DNA of 64,000 bases. It comes from Candidatus Eiseniibacteriota bacterium (GTDB lineage: Bacteria > Eisenbacteria > RBG-16-71-46 > SZUA-252). The notes beneath the pieces are model-generated. The model had not been told where the DNA came from, searched no databases, and worked only from the letters and a program-made list of their open reading frames with translations. This document shows positions 8,477-18,028 of this stretch, piece after piece (the stretch's first letter is position 1; each line of letters begins with the position of its first letter). Where the stretch lies: contig VBOW01000018.1 of the NCBI GenBank assembly GCA_005893275.1, forward strand, positions 12,184 to 76,183, written 5' to 3'. The translations under genes were made by a program, and so were the position numbers.

Positions 8477-9849
8477 CCACCCAGAAGCGCGGCCGCAGGA
8501 GGCCGCGGGCCCGATCGAAACCTCTCGGCGCACGCGAGCTTGCTCTTCAGATCCTGGTCGCGACCGAGAGCCGGAGCGCCTACTCCGACCGGCTCCTCGA
8601 GACGAGATTGAGGGATGCCGCGCTTCCTCCCGCGGACGCACATCTGGTAACCGCCCTCGTGCAGGGCACGCTCCGTCGCCGCGGGACCCTCGACCACCAC
8701 CTCGCGGCTTTCGCGCGGGAGAACTGGGGCGGGCTGCCCGCCTGGATCAAAGGGGCGCTCCGGTTGGGCGCCTACCAGCTCCTCTGCATGGACAGGATTC
8801 CCGCGTCCGCGGCCGTCCACGAGAGCGTGGAGCTCGCGAAAAAGTACGGCCACCCTGGAACCGCCGGTCTCGCGAACGCAATCCTACGTCGGCTCGCGGG
8901 GGGCGAGCGGGCGCCTTTCCCGGACCCCGGATCCAGCCCGGTGGAGCATCTTTCGGCCTCCCGCTCCCACCCTCGATGGATCGTGGAGCGATGGGTGACA
9001 CGTCTCGGCCGCGAGGAAGCGGAGCGGATGCTCGAGGCGGACAACGAGGAGCCGTCGGTCACGGTGAGGCCGAACCTCGCCCGCGCCTCGAAGGAGGAGA
9101 TCCTGACCCGGTTGCGCTCGGAGGGATTCGAGCCTCAACCGGCCCCGAACGGAGGCCCGGTCTGGATCGTCGGCGGCGGATTCGTGCCCTCGCGCTCCCC
9201 GGTCTTTCGCGACGGGCTCATCTCGCTTCAGGACGAAGCCGAGGCCGCGGTCGTTCCGATCCTCGACCCCGCGCCCGGCGAGCGCATTCTCGATCTCTGC
9301 GCGGCGCCGGGAGGAAAGTCCGCGCAGATCGCGGAGGCCGTCGGGAGCGAAGGGCGCGTGTTCGCCCTCGAGAGGAGCCCCAGCCGCGCTCGGGCGCTCC
9401 GGAACAACCTGTCCGAACGGCTTCGTATGGCCGGGACACGCGTGGTCTGCGGAGACGGGACGAGCCCGCCGTTCCGCGTCGCGTTCGACCGGGTGCTCGT
9501 CGATGCGCCCTGCTCCGGGCTCGGCGTTCTGAGGCGGCGCGCGGACGCGCGCTGGCGCAAGGACGAATCGAGCATCGCCGCGATGGCGGCGCTCCAGCCG
9601 CCGCTCCTCGACGCGGCCGGGCCGCTGGTCCGCCCCCGAGGCGTCTTGGTGTATAGTGTCTGCTCCTTGGAGCCTGAGGAGACCCATGATGTCGTGGAGT
9701 TCTTCCTGCGAGCGCACCCCGACTTCGTGCAGGAAAGCGTCGAGCCCTATGTGCCGCCCGGATTCCGCTCGGGTGTGCCTCATTTGAGCGCGACTCCGCA
9801 CCGGCACGGGACCGACGGCGTTTTCGCCGCGCGCTTTCGCCGCCGATGA
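8473..9849 (+). CDS. rsmB: 16S rRNA m5C967 methyltransferase RsmB/Sun (NusB-like N-terminus)
   Basis: LRLGAYQL, ANAILRR, SHPRW, DLCAAPGGKS, DAPCSGLG, YSVCS. Confidence 0.93.
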   Translation: MTTQKRGRRRPRARSKPLGARELALQILVATESRSAYSDRLLETRLRDAALPPADAHLVTALVQGTLRRRGTLDHHLAAFARENWGGLPAWIKGALRLGAYQLLCMDRIPASAAVHESVELAKKYGHPGTAGLANAILRRLAGGERAPFPDPGSSPVEHLSASRSHPRWIVERWVTRLGREEAERMLEADNEEPSVTVRPNLARASKEEILTRLRSEGFEPQPAPNGGPVWIVGGGFVPSRSPVFRDGLISLQDEAEAAVVPILDPAPGERILDLCAAPGGKSAQIAEAVGSEGRVFALERSPSRARALRNNLSERLRMAGTRVVCGDGTSPPFRVAFDRVLVDAPCSGLGVLRRRADARWRKDESSIAAMAALQPPLLDAAGPLVRPRGVLVYSVCSLEPEETHDVVEFFLRAHPDFVQESVEPYVPPGFRSGVPHLSATPHRHGTDGVFAARFRRR

Positions 9850-10652
9850 AGGATTCCGTGGACGTCGATCCGGGCGAAACGCTGCAGGAGACGCCCGCGG
9901 TCCCGCCGCTGCCGCCGGGCGAACGCCGCCGCGGCCCGCGTTTCTCGTTTTGGTCCGGAACCCTCCTGCTCGCGGGCGTGGCGCTCTTCGGCGGGTTTCT
10001 CGTAATGAACCTCGTGCTCATGCCCAGCTTCACCCGCCAGGGTGCCGAGGTGCAGGTGCCGGAGGTGACCGGGCAGAGCGAGATCGAGGCGGAGCGGGTC
10101 CTCGCCGCGGAGGGGCTCAAACTTTCCAAGATCTCCGAGCAGTGGAGCCCGGACGTGGCCCGCGGCTTCGTCATCTCGCAAGATCCTGCCGCCGGGGGAG
10201 TCGTCAAGCGTGGGAGGCGGATCTCGGTAATCGTGAGCCTCGGCGCGCAGGGAACGAGCGTGCCGCTCCTGGACGGCGTGACCGCGCGTCAGGCGCAGCT
10301 CCTCCTCGAGGGGGCGGGCCTCCGCGCGGGTCGGATCGCGAAAGTCTACACCGATGAAGTGAGCAAGGATCTCGTCGTCGCCTCCGACCCGCCGGGCGAA
10401 ACCCTCGTGCAGCAGGGCACGGTCGTGAATCTGCTGGTGAGCCTGGGTCCAAGACCCCAGAGCTACCTGCTTCCCGATCTCACGGGGAGAGACATCGGGG
10501 AGACGATGCGGAGCCTCAGGGAAGAGGGTTTCGCGGTCACGCTGCGGGAAGGAGGAGCGAAGCAAAAGAGCGGGCTCGTATCCGCGCAGGAGCCGTCCGC
10601 CGGGCACCGAGTGTCCCCGCGGGACTCGATTGTGCTCTACCACCACCCGTGA
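9846..10652 (+). CDS. Membrane-anchored PASTA-domain protein (about 3 PASTA repeats, no kinase)
   Basis: TM segment followed by VPEVTG...VISQDP, VPLLDG...VASDP, LPDLTG...VSAQEP repeats. Confidence 0.88.
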   Translation: MKDSVDVDPGETLQETPAVPPLPPGERRRGPRFSFWSGTLLLAGVALFGGFLVMNLVLMPSFTRQGAEVQVPEVTGQSEIEAERVLAAEGLKLSKISEQWSPDVARGFVISQDPAAGGVVKRGRRISVIVSLGAQGTSVPLLDGVTARQAQLLLEGAGLRAGRIAKVYTDEVSKDLVVASDPPGETLVQQGTVVNLLVSLGPRPQSYLLPDLTGRDIGETMRSLREEGFAVTLREGGAKQKSGLVSAQEPSAGHRVSPRDSIVLYHHP

Positions 10653-11362
10653 GCGGCGGCGCACCGGGGAAGGCCGCGGCCGGCGGTTGGGCGCGCCCGC
10701 GGCGAAACCGGATCTGCCCGTCCATCTTGTCCGCCGATTTCTCCCGGCTCGGAGAGGAGGTCGAGCGCGTCGCCCGGGCGGGCGCCGACTTCCTCCACGT
10801 CGACGTGATGGACGGCCAGTTCGTCCCCAATCTTACCTTCGGGCCGATTCTGGTCCAGGCGATGCGCCGGCTCACCCCGCTCCCGCTCGACGTGCACCTC
10901 ATGGTGGTCGACCCGTTGCGCTTCCTCGATGATTTCGCCGCGGCGGGTGCGGACCATTTGATCCTCCACGTCGAAACGGTCGAGGACCCCGCTCTGGCCG
11001 CCCGCCTCATTCGGGCCCGCGGGCTGCGGGTGGGCCTCGCGATCAAGCCCGAAACTCCGCTTCCGTGGCTCCTCCGGGCCCTCTCCGGGTGCGACATCGC
11101 GCTCGTCATGACGGTCGAGCCGGGCCAGGGCGGCCAGCCGTTTCTCGACGGGTCGGAGGAGCGTATCGCGGCGGTGCGGGCCGCGATCGAGGACGGGAGC
11201 CTCGACTGCCTGCTGGGGGTCGACGGAGGCATCAACCCCTCGACGGCTCGGCGGGCCGCGCGCGCGGGCGCGGACACGTTCATCGCGGGGCATTCGATCT
11301 TCCGCACGCCCGATCCGGTCGCGGCGCTTCAGGCGCTCCGTCGAAGCGTCGAAACCGCGTGA
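10649..11362 (+). CDS. rpe: Ribulose-phosphate 3-epimerase
   Basis: PSILSADF, HVDVMDGQFVPNLTFG, DVHLMV, MTVEPGQGGQ, VDGGIN. Confidence 0.96.
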   Translation: MSGGAPGKAAAGGWARPRRNRICPSILSADFSRLGEEVERVARAGADFLHVDVMDGQFVPNLTFGPILVQAMRRLTPLPLDVHLMVVDPLRFLDDFAAAGADHLILHVETVEDPALAARLIRARGLRVGLAIKPETPLPWLLRALSGCDIALVMTVEPGQGGQPFLDGSEERIAAVRAAIEDGSLDCLLGVDGGINPSTARRAARAGADTFIAGHSIFRTPDPVAALQALRRSVETA

Positions 11363-12342
11363 ACGTGCTGGTGACCGGCGGCGCCGGATACATCGGGAGC
11401 GTCGTCGTCGAGGAGCTCGTGCGGGCTCGGAATTCAGCGATCGCGCTGGATGATCTCTCCACCGGTCACCGGGACGCCGTCGCCCCGCTGGCCCTTCTCG
11501 TCGAAGGGGGAATCCGCGACCCCGAGAAGCTCGACGAGGCCTTTCAGGCGAAGAAGATCGATTGTGTCATCCACCTGGCCGCCAAATCGCTGGTCGCGGA
11601 GTCGGTGGCGAAGCCCGACCTCTACGAGGAAGCCAACGTCACGCAAGGGATCCTCCTCCTCGACGCCATGCGGGCCCACGGCGTGACCGATCTCGTCTTC
11701 TCTTCCTCGGCCGCCGTCTACGACCCGTCCGCCCCCATGCCCCTCACCGAGACCTCGCTGCTCCGCCCGACGAACCCCTATGGAGCGACGAAGCTCCGAT
11801 TCGAGCGCATCCTCGAGGAGCGCGCCGCGCGTGGTGAAATCCGCTACGTCGCGCTTCGCTACTTCAACGTGGCGGGGGCGAGCATCGACCGCGGCGAGGA
11901 TCACCGGGACGAGACACACCTGATTCCGCTTCTCCTCGATGCCGCCCGCGGGGCGCGGGAGCCGGTGCCGATCTACGGATCGGACTACCCGACTCCCGAC
12001 GGCACCGCCATCCGAGACTATGTTCACGTGGTCGACATCGCGGAAGCCCACGTCCGCGCGATCCGCTATCTCGCCGAGGGGGGCGAAAGCCGCGCGCTGA
12101 ACCTGGGCGCGGGGCGGGGTGTCTCGGTGCGCGAGGTGGTCGCGGCGGTTCAATCGGTGACCGGACGGCCGGTGCCAACCCTCCCGGCGGCGCGGAGGCC
12201 CGGAGATCCGCCCGCGCTGATTGCCTCCTCGGAAGCCGCGCGCCGCGTGCTAGGCTGGAGCCCCCAATTCGGGGATCTGGGCGTGATCCTCGAGACGGCC
12301 TGGGGCTGGCGGGTGCGCCACCCGGAGGGCTACAAGGAATGA
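11359..12342 (+). CDS. galE: UDP-glucose 4-epimerase
   Basis: VLVTGGAGYIGS, FSSSAAVY, YGATK, LRYFNVAGA, TPDGTAIRDYVHV. Confidence 0.93.
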   Translation: MNVLVTGGAGYIGSVVVEELVRARNSAIALDDLSTGHRDAVAPLALLVEGGIRDPEKLDEAFQAKKIDCVIHLAAKSLVAESVAKPDLYEEANVTQGILLLDAMRAHGVTDLVFSSSAAVYDPSAPMPLTETSLLRPTNPYGATKLRFERILEERAARGEIRYVALRYFNVAGASIDRGEDHRDETHLIPLLLDAARGAREPVPIYGSDYPTPDGTAIRDYVHVVDIAEAHVRAIRYLAEGGESRALNLGAGRGVSVREVVAAVQSVTGRPVPTLPAARRPGDPPALIASSEAARRVLGWSPQFGDLGVILETAWGWRVRHPEGYKE

Positions 12343-12647
12343 GCGAAAAAAACGACGAAACCGAAGGGCGCGACCCGGACGAGCTCGCTCGCGAGCCTTT
12401 GGTATCGGTACGGGAAGTGCCGGACGAGCAGACCGCCACCATGCTTTGCGATTTCTTGAAGAGCCAGGGGATCGAGGCCACCCCGCAGCCGGTCCAAATC
12501 GCATGGTTCAGCACGCTGGAAACGCTTCACCACGGGTTCTGGGGACGGGTCGAGGTGCTGGGGAGGGACGCCGAACGCGCGCGCGCCCTCATCGAGGAGT
12601 ACCTGGCGGCGACCCCGGAGCAGGGCCCGGGAGAGGAGATCGCCTGA
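12339..12647 (+). CDS. Small DUF2007-like (putative signal-transducing) protein
   Basis: A.MLCDFLKSQGIEA ... VEV...DAERARALI pattern; ATGA-coupled to galE. Confidence 0.65.
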   Translation: MSEKNDETEGRDPDELAREPLVSVREVPDEQTATMLCDFLKSQGIEATPQPVQIAWFSTLETLHHGFWGRVEVLGRDAERARALIEEYLAATPEQGPGEEIA

Positions 12648-13681
12648 CCTCCGTCGGCAGAGGAGAAATCGGGGCTCAAGCCGCGCCGCTCCTCACCCGC
12701 GCGGCGCTCGAAGCCCGCGTCCGGAGCTTCCGCGGCCGCCGGGTGGTCGTGATCGGCGACGTCATCCTCGACCGCTATCTGTGGGGCAGCGCCACCCGCG
12801 TCTCCCCCGAAGCGCCCGTGCTCGTGGTCGACGTGGAGCGCGAAGAGCTTCGACTGGGCGGGGCGGCCAATGTGGCGCACAACGTCCGCGCGCTCGGGGC
12901 GACGCCTGTCTTGATCGGGGTCGCGGGGGCGGATGCTGCGGCCGAGAGCCTCAGGCGCGAGCTTCACGCGCGCGAGGTCGACTCAAACGGCGGCGTGCTC
13001 TCCGATCCCACCCGACGCACAACGCTCAAGACGCGCATCATCGCGCACCACCAACAGGTCCTGCGCGCCGACGAGGAATCCCGTGAAGCTCCGGAATCCT
13101 CGGTGCTCGAGGAGCTCTGGCGCCGCGTCGAGCGCGCGCTTCCCGACGCCTCCTCGGTGCTGGTCTCCGACTACGGCAAGGGGGTCGTCACCCCCGCGTT
13201 GCTGGACCGGCTCCTGCCCGAGCTCAAGCGCCGCGGCATTCCCTGCGCGGTCGATCCCAAAGAGGAGCATTTTCTCCGCTACCGAGGCGTTTCGATCATC
13301 ACGCCCAACGTCGCGGAGGCCTCCCAAGCCTGGGGGCGGAGGATCCGCAGCAACGAGGACCTGACCGAGGCGGGCTTCGGGCTGCGGGAAAAGCTCGACG
13401 CCGAAGCGGTCCTCATCACGCGCGGGGAAGAAGGGATGTCGCTGTTCACCCCCGAGGGGCACACCCACTTTCCGACCCGGGCGCGGAGGGTCTTCGACGT
13501 GACGGGAGCGGGAGACACCGTGGTCGCGACGATCGGGACCGCGCTCGCGGCGCGCGCTCCGCTGCCGGAGGCGTGCGTGCTCGCCAATCACGCGGCGGGG
13601 CTCGTCGTGGCGGAGCTGGGCACCGCGGCGGCGAGCGTGGCGAAGCTCATCGAATCCTTGGGAGACCTGCCCGTTGGGTGA
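12644..13681 (+). CDS. hldA: D-glycero-beta-D-manno-heptose-7-phosphate kinase (RfaE domain I)
   Basis: IGDVILDRYLWG..RVSPEAPV, GGAANVA, SDYGKG, DPK, TPN, DVTGAGDTV. Start uncertain (CTG inferred). Confidence 0.93.
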   Translation: MTSVGRGEIGAQAAPLLTRAALEARVRSFRGRRVVVIGDVILDRYLWGSATRVSPEAPVLVVDVEREELRLGGAANVAHNVRALGATPVLIGVAGADAAAESLRRELHAREVDSNGGVLSDPTRRTTLKTRIIAHHQQVLRADEESREAPESSVLEELWRRVERALPDASSVLVSDYGKGVVTPALLDRLLPELKRRGIPCAVDPKEEHFLRYRGVSIITPNVAEASQAWGRRIRSNEDLTEAGFGLREKLDAEAVLITRGEEGMSLFTPEGHTHFPTRARRVFDVTGAGDTVVATIGTALAARAPLPEACVLANHAAGLVVAELGTAAASVAKLIESLGDLPVG

Positions 13682-14150
13682 AATTCTCACCCTGGAGGAC
13701 GCGAAGCGCAGGCGAAAGGCGGCTCGAATCCTGGGCAGGCGTTTCGTATTCACCAACGGCTGCTTCGACCTGATCCACCCCGGGCACACCGAGCTCCTCC
13801 GCCGCGCACGGGGCCTGGGCCACTACCTCCTGGTGGGGCTCAATTCCGACCGATCGGTCCGCGCGATCAAGGGCCCCGGACATCCGATCCAGGGCGAGTT
13901 GGCGCGCGCGACGGTCGTGGCCGCGCTCGCGAGCGTCGACTACGTCGTGCTCTTCGACGAGGAGACCCCGCTTCGCCTGATCGAGGAGATCCTTCCCGAC
14001 GTTCTGGTAAAAGGCGGGGACTATACCCCGGCCAACGTCGTCGGGCGGGAGGCGGTCGAGCGGGCCGGCGGCCAGGTCCATTTGATCCCGCTCGTTCCCG
14101 GCTTTTCGTCCTCCTCGATTACCGACCGGATCCGCTCGGGCCACCCCTAG
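13674..14150 (+). CDS. hldC: D-glycero-beta-D-manno-heptose-1-phosphate adenylyltransferase (RfaE domain II)
   Basis: FTNGCFDLIHPGH, GLNSDRSV, PDVLVKGGDY. Confidence 0.94.
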   Translation: MGEILTLEDAKRRRKAARILGRRFVFTNGCFDLIHPGHTELLRRARGLGHYLLVGLNSDRSVRAIKGPGHPIQGELARATVVAALASVDYVVLFDEETPLRLIEEILPDVLVKGGDYTPANVVGREAVERAGGQVHLIPLVPGFSSSSITDRIRSGHP

Positions 14151-14191
14151 CGAGCCCACACCCGGCCCCGGAACCGTCCGGAGCGGCGGGC

Positions 14192-14221
14192 TTGACAGGG
14201 GCGCGCCGTAGCGGGTAACGT
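14192..14221 (+). promoter_or_regulatory. Putative sigma70 promoter
   Basis: TTGACA (14192-14197), 18 nt spacer, TAACGT (14216-14221), in an intergenic region. Confidence 0.65.
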
Positions 14222-14362
14222 GTTGTGTTTTCCCAACGTAGTGGATCCAGTGCGACCCTGATCGGCGATGTCCTGCTCCGCGGCGAGCGGCTCGAAGCTT
14301 CGACCGCATTACTCGGGATACGCCGGTTCCTGCACGAAACCCTTGAAGGAGGTGTGCCTCGA

Positions 14363-15808
14363 GTGAGTAAGCAACGACGTGTTGTGATCATGGGCGCTGG
14401 CGGACGAGATTTTCACAACTTCAACGTTTTCTTCAAGAAACGCCCCGAGTACTTCGTCGTGGCGTTCACGGCATCCGCCCAAATTCCCGGAATCGACGAC
14501 CGCCGCTATCCCTCTGCCCTGGCCGGCGGGCGGTACCCCAAGGGAATCCCCATCGTCTCCGAGCAGGAGCTGCCCGACTTGATCCGCGAGCACGACGTCG
14601 ACGAGGTCGTTTTCGCCTACAGCGACGTCTCCCACGAATACGTGATGCACAAGGCATCGTGGATCGCGAGCTTGGGCTGCGACTTCACGCTCATGGGTCC
14701 GAAAGCGACGCAGCTCACGAGTCGCGTCCCGGTCATCGCGGTGAACGCGGTGCGCACCGGCTCGGGGAAGAGCCAGACCACGCGCAAGGTCTGCGAGGTC
14801 TTGAAGGCGATGGCGAAGCGGGTCGTCGCGATCCGCCATCCGATGCCGTACGGGGATCTCTCCCGCCAAGGCGTGCAGCGCTTCGAAACCTACGCCGACC
14901 TGGACAAGCACAAGTGCACGATCGAGGAGCGCGAGGAGTACGAGCCCCATCTCGACCGCGGCACGATCGTCTACGCCGGGATCGACTACGCGGAGATTCT
15001 CCGCGCGGCCGAACGGGAGGCGGACGTCATCGTCTGGGACGGCGGGAACAATGATTTCTCGTTCGTGAAGCCGAATCTCCAGGTCGTGGTGGCGGATCCG
15101 CACCGCCCCGGTCACGAGCGCTCCTATCATCCCGGCGAGACGAACGTGCGCCTCGCGGACGTGGTGGTGATCAACAAGGAGACGACGACCGACTACGAGA
15201 ACATCGAAGCGGTCCGCAGCTCGGTTCAGACGCTCAACCCGGAGGCCGTCATCATCGACGCCGCCTCGCCGATCACCGTCGATCATCCGGAGCGGATCCG
15301 GGGGAAGCGCGCCCTCGTGATCGAGGATGGGCCGACCTTGACCCATGGAGAGATGAAATACGGCGCGGGAGTCATCGCCGCGCGCCGCCACGGGGCGAGC
15401 GAGATCGTGGACCCCAGGCCCTGGCTCGTGGGAGGCATCAAGGACACGTTCCGCCAATATCCGGATATCGGTCCCCTCCTTCCGGCGATGGGGTACTCGA
15501 AGGAGCAGATACGGGATCTCGAGCGCACGATCAACGGATGCGATTGCGACGTCGTGATCGTCGCGACGCCCATCGATCTGAGACGCCTCGTGAAAATGAA
15601 ACACCCGGCCGTGCGCGTGGGCTACGAGCTGGAGGAGATCGGCCGGCCGAAGCTCGAGGACGTAATCCGAGAAATGCTGGGTCGCGTGGAGGCTTCCGGC
15701 TTCAAGAAGCCGGGGGCGAAGGACAGGCAAGGAAGAGCCGCCGGGCTCGGCGCGGGCGGCATGAAAAAGGCGGCCCGCAAGGCGGCGCGGGTGAAGACCA
15801 AGCGTTGA
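14363..15808 (+). CDS. COG2403 P-loop ligase: cyclic 2,3-diphosphoglycerate synthetase / arginine synthetase (ArcE)-like
   Basis: MGAGGRDFHNFN, AFTASAQIPGI, AVRTGSGKSQT, IRHPMPYG, TIEEREEYEPH, WDGGNND, EDGPTLTHG, LPAMGY. SD AAGGAGGT at 14346-14353. Confidence 0.85.
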   Translation: MSKQRRVVIMGAGGRDFHNFNVFFKKRPEYFVVAFTASAQIPGIDDRRYPSALAGGRYPKGIPIVSEQELPDLIREHDVDEVVFAYSDVSHEYVMHKASWIASLGCDFTLMGPKATQLTSRVPVIAVNAVRTGSGKSQTTRKVCEVLKAMAKRVVAIRHPMPYGDLSRQGVQRFETYADLDKHKCTIEEREEYEPHLDRGTIVYAGIDYAEILRAAEREADVIVWDGGNNDFSFVKPNLQVVVADPHRPGHERSYHPGETNVRLADVVVINKETTTDYENIEAVRSSVQTLNPEAVIIDAASPITVDHPERIRGKRALVIEDGPTLTHGEMKYGAGVIAARRHGASEIVDPRPWLVGGIKDTFRQYPDIGPLLPAMGYSKEQIRDLERTINGCDCDVVIVATPIDLRRLVKMKHPAVRVGYELEEIGRPKLEDVIREMLGRVEASGFKKPGAKDRQGRAAGLGAGGMKKAARKAARVKTKR

Positions 15809-16941
15809 ACCTGCACGAATATCAGTCCAAGGGCATTTTTCGGGCCGCGGGGATCCCGGTCCCGCCGGGGGACGTGGTCTCGAACGTGGAAGACGCGCTC
15901 GCCGCCGCGGAGCGTTTCGGCTATCCGGTCGTGGTCAAGGCCCAGGTCCTGGTCGGCGGCCGCGGCAAGGCGGGGGGCGTCAAGGTGGTGCGCGGCGGGG
16001 AGGAGCTTTCGCGCGAAGCGGGGCGCATCCTCGGGATGGAGCTCCGCGGGCTCAAGGTGAACCGCGTGCTGATCACGCCATCGGCGGAGATCGCGCGCGA
16101 GTATTACGCGGGGATCGTTCTGGATCGGAGGAACGAGAGCCCGCTCCTCATGGTGAGCCCGGCCGGCGGGATCGACATCGAAGAGGTGGCGCGCGCGGGC
16201 CCCGAGAAGATCCTCCGGATTCCGATCGACGGGAGAGGGCTCCCGGGCTACAGGGCGAGGGCCGCCGCGCGATTCCTGGACAAGGACCCGGCGGTTCAGA
16301 AGCGGATCGTCCCGATCCTGATCCGACTCGTACGCGCCTACCACGATCAAGACGCCTCCTTGGCCGAGATCAATCCGCTCGCCGTCACGAAGGACGGCCT
16401 TGTCCTGGCCCTCGACGCGAAGATCGTGCTCGACGACAATGCCCTCGACCGGCATCCCGATCTCGCGGCCATGCGCGATCTCTCGGCCGAAGATCCGGGC
16501 GAGATCGAGGCGCGCGAGCGAGGTCTCTCGTACGTGAAGCTCGACGGAACGATCGGATGCGTCGTGAACGGCGCGGGGCTCGCGATGGCGACCATGGACC
16601 TGATCCAGTTCCACGGAGGGAAGCCGGCGAACTTCCTCGATATCGGGGGCTCTTCGAACCCGGACAAGGTCGAAGCCGCGATGCATATCCTGACCGGAGA
16701 CCCGCGCGTGCGGGCCGTGCTTTTCAATATTTTCGGCGGCATCACCCGCTGCGACGACGTCGCGCGGGGACTCCTTCTCGCGCTCGACCGCCTGAACGTG
16801 AGGATCCCGATCGTGATCCGGCTCACGGGTACCAACGAGAAGGAAGCGCGCGAGATCCTGGGAGAGCGCGGGCTCATGGCCCTGAGCGACATGGATGAAG
16901 CGGTGCGGGCCGTGATCGCGCGCGCGGCGGAGGCGGCGTGA
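15805..16941 (+). CDS. sucC: Succinyl-CoA ligase beta subunit
   Basis: (M)[49 protein letters not shown]. Confidence 0.96.
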   Translation: MNLHEYQSKGIFRAAGIPVPPGDVVSNVEDALAAAERFGYPVVVKAQVLVGGRGKAGGVKVVRGGEELSREAGRILGMELRGLKVNRVLITPSAEIAREYYAGIVLDRRNESPLLMVSPAGGIDIEEVARAGPEKILRIPIDGRGLPGYRARAAARFLDKDPAVQKRIVPILIRLVRAYHDQDASLAEINPLAVTKDGLVLALDAKIVLDDNALDRHPDLAAMRDLSAEDPGEIEARERGLSYVKLDGTIGCVVNGAGLAMATMDLIQFHGGKPANFLDIGGSSNPDKVEAAMHILTGDPRVRAVLFNIFGGITRCDDVARGLLLALDRLNVRIPIVIRLTGTNEKEAREILGERGLMALSDMDEAVRAVIARAAEAA

Positions 16942-17885
16942 GCGTTCTGGTCGGGCGCGCGACGAAGGTCGTGGTGCAGGGGATCACGGGACGCGACGGC
17001 TCCTTTCACACGCGCGGCATGCTCGACTACGGCACCAAGGTCGTGGCCGGCGTCACCCCCGGAAAAGGGGGAGACAAGGTGCATTCGGTTCCGGTTTTCG
17101 ATTCGGTCGAGGAGGCGGTGGCGAAGACGGGCGCGAACTGCTCGGTCATCTACGTTCCCGCGGCGCTCGCCCAGGACGCGATCTACGAAGCCGTCGACTC
17201 CGGGATCCCCCTCGTGGTCTGCATCAGCGAAGGAATCCCCGTGCGCGACATGGTGGAGGTCTCTGCCTATACGCGGGGCCGGCAGGTCCGGCTCGTCGGG
17301 CCGAATTGTCCGGGGCTCATCTCGCCCGGGTCGTGCAAGGTGGGCATCATGCCGGGAACGATCGTGAAACCGGGGAAGGTGGGCGTGGTGAGCCGCAGCG
17401 GCACGCTCACCTACGAAGTGGTCTGGCAGCTCACCCGCGCGGGCCTGGGCCAGTCCACGTGCATCGGCATCGGCGGCGATCCGATCGTGGGGACCCGGTT
17501 CGCCGACATGTTGGCCCTCTACCAGCAGGACCCCGGAACCGAGGCGATCGTCTTGATCGGCGAGATCGGCGGAAGCGACGAAGAGGACGCCGCGCTTCTG
17601 ATCCGGCGCGCGATCTCAAAGCCGGTCGTCGCGTTCATCGCGGGCCAGACCGCTCCCCCCGGAAAGCGCATGGGCCACGCGGGCGCGATCGTGTCTGGAG
17701 GCTCCGGCACCGCCCAGGAGAAAATGGCCCGCCTTCAGGAGGCCGGCATCCCCGTCGCGAAGACGCCGTCCGAGATCCCGGGCTTGATTGCGGCCGCGCT
17801 CCGACCGAGGCGGAAGTCCAAGCTCAAGCTGGTGCGCGGCAAGGCGAAGAAACCGGCTCCCGCCACCCGGCGGCGCGGACGCTAG
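16938..17885 (+). CDS. sucD: Succinyl-CoA ligase alpha subunit
   Basis: [40 protein letters not shown]. Basic C-terminal tail. Confidence 0.96.
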   Translation: MSVLVGRATKVVVQGITGRDGSFHTRGMLDYGTKVVAGVTPGKGGDKVHSVPVFDSVEEAVAKTGANCSVIYVPAALAQDAIYEAVDSGIPLVVCISEGIPVRDMVEVSAYTRGRQVRLVGPNCPGLISPGSCKVGIMPGTIVKPGKVGVVSRSGTLTYEVVWQLTRAGLGQSTCIGIGGDPIVGTRFADMLALYQQDPGTEAIVLIGEIGGSDEEDAALLIRRAISKPVVAFIAGQTAPPGKRMGHAGAIVSGGSGTAQEKMARLQEAGIPVAKTPSEIPGLIAAALRPRRKSKLKLVRGKAKKPAPATRRRGR

Positions 17886-18028
17886 CGACGCCCCAGGCGG
17901 TTCCGCTGCCGCGCCACACCGACCCTGTTCGCCGTGATCCCCCTTCTCCAGAAGGAAGCCTTATTCCCCAAAGGGAATCCGCGCCGCTTCGCATTTAGCC
18001 CGGCCCCGCATCGCAAGGAGGAAGAGAC

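Noticed and set aside
14228..14345. 6S RNA or a known riboswitch (guanidine, TPP, SAM, c-di-GMP)
   Set aside because: Too short for 6S and no recognisable aptamer consensus; kept only as an unknown structured leader.
17941..17960. CCAGAAGGAAGC resembling the SRP RNA domain IV motif
   Set aside because: The upstream TCAGG, downstream AGC and long enclosing stem are missing.
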